Below, piece by piece: positions 59,326 to 64,000 of a stretch of DNA of 64,000 nt. Below the pieces are notes generated by a model. The model made no database searches and was not told the origin of the DNA. It was given only the letters and a program-made list of their open reading frames with translations. Within the stretch, counting starts at the first letter, position 1. Each line of letters opens with the position of its first letter. The stretch lies in assembly GCA_001896555.1 (NCBI GenBank), contig MPOS01000002.1, forward strand, positions 77,371-141,370, written 5' to 3'. The position numbers and the translations under genes were made by a program. Source of the stretch: Candidatus Phosphitivorax anaerolimi. Its GTDB lineage: Bacteria; Desulfobacterota; Desulfomonilia; UBA1062.

Positions 59326-60246
59326 ATGAAGGACCGCGGGCAGGCCTGTTCATGTCCGGAAAGAATCCCTTCCTGGGCGAAGAAGAACAAACGGCTGAAG
59401 GATCTCCACCTCACCAAGACCGGCCTGCGTACCTTGAGCCTCGCATCGGTCTGTGAGGAGGCCCGCTGCCCCAACATCGCCGAGTGCTTTGCCAGGCCGA
59501 CGGCCACCTTTCTCATCCTGGGCGATATCTGTACCAGGGGATGCCGGTTCTGCTCCATCCGCAAAGGCGTCCCGGCCCCGCCCGATCCCCGCGAGGGGGA
59601 GCGCCTGGCCCAGGCCGCAGCCACCATGGGTCTCAAACACGTGGTCATCACCTCCGTGACCCGTGACGATCTTCCGGATCAGGGAGCCGCCGCGTTTGCC
59701 GGCACAATCAGAGCAATTCGAAAGCTCCTGCCGGGCGCAACCGTCGAGGTGCTCATCCCTGATTTCTCCGGAAGGACGGATCTCATCGAGACAGTGCTCC
59801 GGGAAAGGCCCGAGGTGTTCAACCACAATGTGGAGACCGTGGGCAGGCTATACGGATCTATAAGGCCGCAGGCCAGCCTGAAGACGAGTCTTGCGGTTCT
59901 CCGCACGGCCAGGGAGTATTCCTGTGACACGGTGGTCAAGTCGGGTTTCATGCTGGGTCTGGGGGAGAGCAAGGAGGAAGTTGCCGAGCTCCTGGAGGCC
60001 CTGAGCCGTTCGGGGTGCGAGGTCGTCACCATGGGGCAGTATCTTCAGCCCACAGCCGCGCAGGTGCCGGTCTCGCGATACTGGTCTCCAGAGGATTTCA
60101 AGCGATTTTCAGATATTGCGAAAAACGCCGGCATACGATATGTTATATCCGGACCGCTGGTCAGAAGTTCGTATCAGGCGAAAGAGGTTCTGGAAGAGGT
60201 CAGGCGCAACCGAATCGGCGTGGGCAAGGATGGAACGTGTCTTTAA
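59326..60246 (+). CDS. lipA: lipoyl synthase
   Basis: CEEARCPNIAEC auxiliary cluster motif and radical-SAM CTRGCRFC motif. Confidence 0.85.
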   Translation: MKDRGQACSCPERIPSWAKKNKRLKDLHLTKTGLRTLSLASVCEEARCPNIAECFARPTATFLILGDICTRGCRFCSIRKGVPAPPDPREGERLAQAAATMGLKHVVITSVTRDDLPDQGAAAFAGTIRAIRKLLPGATVEVLIPDFSGRTDLIETVLRERPEVFNHNVETVGRLYGSIRPQASLKTSLAVLRTAREYSCDTVVKSGFMLGLGESKEEVAELLEALSRSGCEVVTMGQYLQPTAAQVPVSRYWSPEDFKRFSDIAKNAGIRYVISGPLVRSSYQAKEVLEEVRRNRIGVGKDGTCL

Positions 60247-60364
60247 AAAAATGCCGGAACTGAATGCCGCATCCACAGGACATCCCCGCCAGCTGTACAA
60301 TCCCGCCCGCCTGTTCCATGAAAAACTGTACCGGGAACGATGCATACAGCTTTAAGGAGAGCAC

Positions 60365-61687
60365 ATGGAAAGCATTAAAATCGGTTTGATCGGTCTTGGC
60401 ACCATCGGCACGGGCGTAGCGAAGACACTGCTGGAGAACACCGCCCTTCTTGAAGAACGCCTCGGCTTTTCTCTCGATCTGACGGCCATTGCCGATATCG
60501 ACATCACCACTGACCGGGGCGTAACCATTCCCCGAGGCCTGCTCACCACCGATGCGTATGCACTCATCAACAATCCCGATATCGATATCGTGGTGGAGCT
60601 CATCGGCGGCATCGAGCCGGCGAGGACCTTCATCCTCGATGCACTCAAAGCCGGCAAGCACGTGGTGACCGCAAACAAGGCCCTGCTCGCCTCACGCGGC
60701 AAGGAGCTCTTCGATGCGGCCCAGACCTACGGCAAGGACCTGTACTACGAGGCGTCGGTCGGGGGCGGAGTCCCGATCATCAAGGCATTACGGGAATCGC
60801 TCGTGGCGAACAACTTCATCTTCATTTACGGGATCCTCAACGGGACCTGCAACTTCATCCTCACCGAGATGAGCGAGAAGGGCTCGTCCTTCGAAGACGC
60901 ACTGAGACAGGCCCAGGAGCTCGGATACGCAGAGGCCGATCCCTCGATGGATGTGGAGGGTATCGACTCGTCTCACAAGCTTGCCATCATCACCAGCCTT
61001 GCCTATGGCGTGCCGCCCGACTTGAAAGGGGTCTATGTCGAGGGGATCGCGGCCCTCGATAAACTCGACGTGGGCTATGCACGCGAGCTCGGTTACAAGG
61101 TCAAGCTCCTCGCGCTCGCCATCGACCGCGGAGACCGGATCGAGGCGAGAGTCCATCCCACGCTCGTCCCCATGAACTACCTCCTCTCGAAGGTCGACGG
61201 CGTTTTCAACGCCTTTTATGTGCGGGGTGACATCGTGGATTCCACGCTCTTCTACGGCAGGGGAGCGGGCATGATGCCGACCGCCTCCGCGGTGGTGAGC
61301 GACATCGCCGATATCGGGAGAAACATCCTTGCGGGGATCGCGGGCAGGGTTCCCCATCTTGGATATCGCAAGGGAGTATCCAGGCCAAAGAGCTATATGC
61401 CCATTGACGACGTCATGACCAACTACTATCTGAGAATAAACGTGCTGGACAAGCCGGGCGTTCTCGCCAGCATAGCCGGGATCCTTGGTGAGAGGGACAT
61501 CAGCATCGTGTCCGTGATCCAGAAGGCTGTCCACATGGACGGCTATGTGCCCATCGTCATGCTTACGCACGAGGCAAAGGAGTCGAATATCAGGAGCGCG
61601 ATGAAAAAGATCGAGTCTATGGACTATGTAGGAGGAAAGCCCGTGGTCATCAGGGTTGAAGACAAGAACCTGAAGAAACCTTCATGA
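60365..61687 (+). CDS. hom: homoserine dehydrogenase (with C-terminal ACT domain)
   Basis: N-terminal IGLIGLGTIGTG NAD fold, catalytic domain and C-terminal ACT domain. Confidence 0.9.
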   Translation: MESIKIGLIGLGTIGTGVAKTLLENTALLEERLGFSLDLTAIADIDITTDRGVTIPRGLLTTDAYALINNPDIDIVVELIGGIEPARTFILDALKAGKHVVTANKALLASRGKELFDAAQTYGKDLYYEASVGGGVPIIKALRESLVANNFIFIYGILNGTCNFILTEMSEKGSSFEDALRQAQELGYAEADPSMDVEGIDSSHKLAIITSLAYGVPPDLKGVYVEGIAALDKLDVGYARELGYKVKLLALAIDRGDRIEARVHPTLVPMNYLLSKVDGVFNAFYVRGDIVDSTLFYGRGAGMMPTASAVVSDIADIGRNILAGIAGRVPHLGYRKGVSRPKSYMPIDDVMTNYYLRINVLDKPGVLASIAGILGERDISIVSVIQKAVHMDGYVPIVMLTHEAKESNIRSAMKKIESMDYVGGKPVVIRVEDKNLKKPS

Positions 61688-62898
61688 AAGGACATGAGAC
61701 TGTGAAGAGCATCATACTGCTAGGCGACGGCATGGCCGACGAGCCCCTGGAAGATCTCGGCGGCAAGACGCCCCTTGAAGTGGCGAATACCCCGTATATG
61801 GACAAGCTTGCCTCCCGTGGTGAGCTCGGGATGGTGCGCACGGTAAAGGATGGCTTCCCACCGGGGAGCGATGTAGCGAATATGACCGTCTTGGGGTTGG
61901 ATCCCGGGGTCTACTACAACGGGAGGGCCCCCATCGAGGCGGTGAGCATGGGGGTCGAACTGAAGTCCGACGATACCGCATTCAGAATCAACCTCGTGAC
62001 GGTCTCCATGCGCGAGAAGGGCCTGATCCTTGAGGATTACTGTTCAGATCACGTATCCACCCAGGAAGCGGGAGAGCTCATCGAGGCGATACAGACCATG
62101 GTGCGTGATCATGAGAACATCCATGTCTATCCGGGGATCGAATACCGGCATCTCATGGTGATACACGGTTACGAGCATCCAGGGCTCAAGACCACCCCTC
62201 CCCACGACATTACCGGCGAGTACATCGATGCGCACCTCCCCAACGACGAACTGCTGAAGGGGCTCATCCGGAAATCCATCGAAGTGCTCCAGGATCATCC
62301 TGTCAATATCGCCCGGAGAAAGCAGGGCAAGCGGGAGGCCACAGCTATCTGGCCCTGGGGCGAGGGAAAAGGGCTGAATGTGCCCACCCTGAAAGAAGAA
62401 TACGGCGTCTCAGGCGCCATGATTTCAGCCGTGGACCTGCTGAAAGGCCTGGGCATTCTCAGGGGAATGGAGATTATCCATGTCCCGGGAGCAACCGGCT
62501 GGATAGACACCAACTACGAAGGAAAGGCCCGGGCGGCCCTCAAGGCACTCTCCGACCACGACCTGGTCTACGTACACGTGGAGGCGCCCGACGAGGCAGG
62601 GCACGGCGGCCTTCTTAGGGAAAAGATCAAGGCCATCGAAGACTTCGACGAGATGGTGGTGGGCCACATCGTCAGGAGCATGGAGAGTCTGGGCGATCCC
62701 TTCCGGGTCCTCTTCCTGCCGGATCACCCCACACCCATAGCAAAGAAGACCCATACGCCGGATCCAGTGCCCTTTGTCTTGTATGACAGCACCGATCCCG
62801 GCAACCACAATCGCCAGTTCACGGAAAGAGACGCTGCACAGGCTGGTCTTTTCATCGAGGAAGGGCATACCCTTCTAGGGAGGCTTCTCTCACGGTAG
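61684..62898 (+). CDS. cofactor-independent phosphoglycerate-mutase family protein, archaeal ApgM type (candidate non-canonical homoserine kinase)
   Basis: ApgM-type N-terminus IILLGDGMADEPLEDLGGKTPLEVANTPYMDKLA and metalloenzyme C-terminal motifs (HVEAPDEAGH). ATGA overlap with hom. Confidence 0.7.
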   Translation: MKGHETVKSIILLGDGMADEPLEDLGGKTPLEVANTPYMDKLASRGELGMVRTVKDGFPPGSDVANMTVLGLDPGVYYNGRAPIEAVSMGVELKSDDTAFRINLVTVSMREKGLILEDYCSDHVSTQEAGELIEAIQTMVRDHENIHVYPGIEYRHLMVIHGYEHPGLKTTPPHDITGEYIDAHLPNDELLKGLIRKSIEVLQDHPVNIARRKQGKREATAIWPWGEGKGLNVPTLKEEYGVSGAMISAVDLLKGLGILRGMEIIHVPGATGWIDTNYEGKARAALKALSDHDLVYVHVEAPDEAGHGGLLREKIKAIEDFDEMVVGHIVRSMESLGDPFRVLFLPDHPTPIAKKTHTPDPVPFVLYDSTDPGNHNRQFTERDAAQAGLFIEEGHTLLGRLLSR

Positions 62899-62928
62899 GT
62901 TTCCCTGCCTGATCCGCTGGTGCCGGCT

Positions 62929-63825
62929 CTACCACCTGAACGCAGAGAGCAGGGCGCTGTGCCGGTCTATCTCCAGGTCGAGCTGCCCCATCAGGGCAAT
63001 GAGCCCCTCGGTGCTGAAGTTCTCCCTCAGCTCGTACAGAACCGGTACGATCTTCTTGTCCATGGGGAGAAAATAGCGGTCCTTCAGGGGTGAGATGCCC
63101 TTGATCGTGCACAGGAGGTCGGCCAGATGGACGCATGCCGCCAGGGCCTGATTCGAGCCGGACCGGTGCGGTTCGTGGTGCCAGGCTACGGCATCGACAA
63201 TTTCCCGGGGAAACATCCAGGCCTCCAGAAGTTTTCCTCCCACCTCTGCGTGCGTCATCCCGAAGAACTTCTCTTCCACTGCATGGTAGGTGGTTCTGAT
63301 GTCCTGCCGCTCCAGCATGGTGAGCATTTCATTGAACTTTTCGGGGAAATACTGGGAGAGAAACACCTTGCCCATGTCATGGAGGAGTCCGCTCACGAAA
63401 TACTTTCCGTCCATCCTGAGGTTAAGGTATGAAGCGAGCATCCGCGACCCCACCCCCACAGAGAAACTATGCCTCCAGAGCTTTTCCGTGAACTCCGAGC
63501 CCCTGCGGTCGAACAGCTGGACAACCGACATGCTCAGTGCCAGGTTCTGAATCTCCTGAAACCCCAGAACCACCACGGCATGAGAAATGGTCGACACCTT
63601 CTTGGTGAAACCCAGGTACGAGGAGTTGGCAACCGAGAGGATTTTCGCCGTCATGGCGGGATCGCTCTCGATCAGGGTGGTGAGATCGGAAGCAGAGGAG
63701 TTCCTGCCCGAAGCCGCATCCAGGATCCGATGCACAATAGGAGGCAGGGTAAGGATATCCGTGCACCTCGACAGGAGATCGAGAATATGTTCCCTGCTCT
63801 GCTCGGAAAAGTATAGTTCCTCCAC
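62929..63825 (-). CDS. HDOD-domain signalling protein
   Basis: HD-related output domain pattern (LPPIVHRILDA...LLHDMGKVFL...HAEVGGKLLEAW). Confidence 0.7.
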   Translation of the reverse strand: MEELYFSEQSREHILDLLSRCTDILTLPPIVHRILDAASGRNSSASDLTTLIESDPAMTAKILSVANSSYLGFTKKVSTISHAVVVLGFQEIQNLALSMSVVQLFDRRGSEFTEKLWRHSFSVGVGSRMLASYLNLRMDGKYFVSGLLHDMGKVFLSQYFPEKFNEMLTMLERQDIRTTYHAVEEKFFGMTHAEVGGKLLEAWMFPREIVDAVAWHHEPHRSGSNQALAACVHLADLLCTIKGISPLKDRYFLPMDKKIVPVLYELRENFSTEGLIALMGQLDLEIDRHSALLSAFRW

Positions 63826-64000
63826 TCTTCAACCACTCGGAAGAGTGCGCCACTTTCTTTAGAGCCGTGTCTTGTCATCTATGACCGGGGGATTTTCCCA
63901 AGGTGTGAATCATCCTAAAGAGTGATCTCCGGTTTCCCGATAAGACAGGATAATGGAAACCGGACAGACAGTGTGGATTATCGTTTATGTGATCATCGGG

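Overview
This is a high-GC (~60%) chromosomal window that looks delta-proteobacterial (Desulfobacterota-like). It is dominated by housekeeping genes. These include dapL-dapF, guaA, the rpsB-tsf-pyrH-frr cluster, radA, murI, lipA, hom and a second EF-G. It also carries a partial type II secretion cluster (gspC-exeA-TPR-gspD-gspE) and several signalling proteins: a PAS histidine kinase, PilZ, GGDEF, HDOD, and a cNMP-binding protein paired with an HDAC-like deacetylase. The most unusual stretch is an accessory locus at about 18.9-29.9 kb. There, a short AT-rich divergent promoter carries two copies of a Zur/Fur-like palindrome (ATGTTATA|TATAACAT) spaced 42 bp apart. It precedes an operon encoding an FmdE-domain protein, two tandem DUF4213/DUF364 'putative heavy-metal chelation' paralogues and an XdhC/CoxI-type cofactor-insertion chaperone. 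Directly downstream is a self-contained TonB-dependent receptor, a class-III periplasmic binding protein, a FecCD permease, an ABC ATPase with a Cys/His-rich C-terminal tail, ExbB/ExbD/TonB and a SAM methyltransferase. I interpret this as a candidate, uncharacterised metal- or metal-chelate/cofactor acquisition and processing system under metalloregulator control. Other points of note follow. There is a PurF-like amidotransferase lacking the N-terminal catalytic Cys. A 1151-aa TreY-like GH13 protein sits with a hexapeptide-repeat partner. An ApgM-type 'phosphoglycerate mutase' lies where a non-canonical homoserine kinase is predicted. The 6-frame track missed a 57-aa 2x[4Fe-4S] ferredoxin. No CRISPR array, rRNA/tRNA or obvious mobile element was seen. 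All calls rest on reading the translations; no database searches were run.
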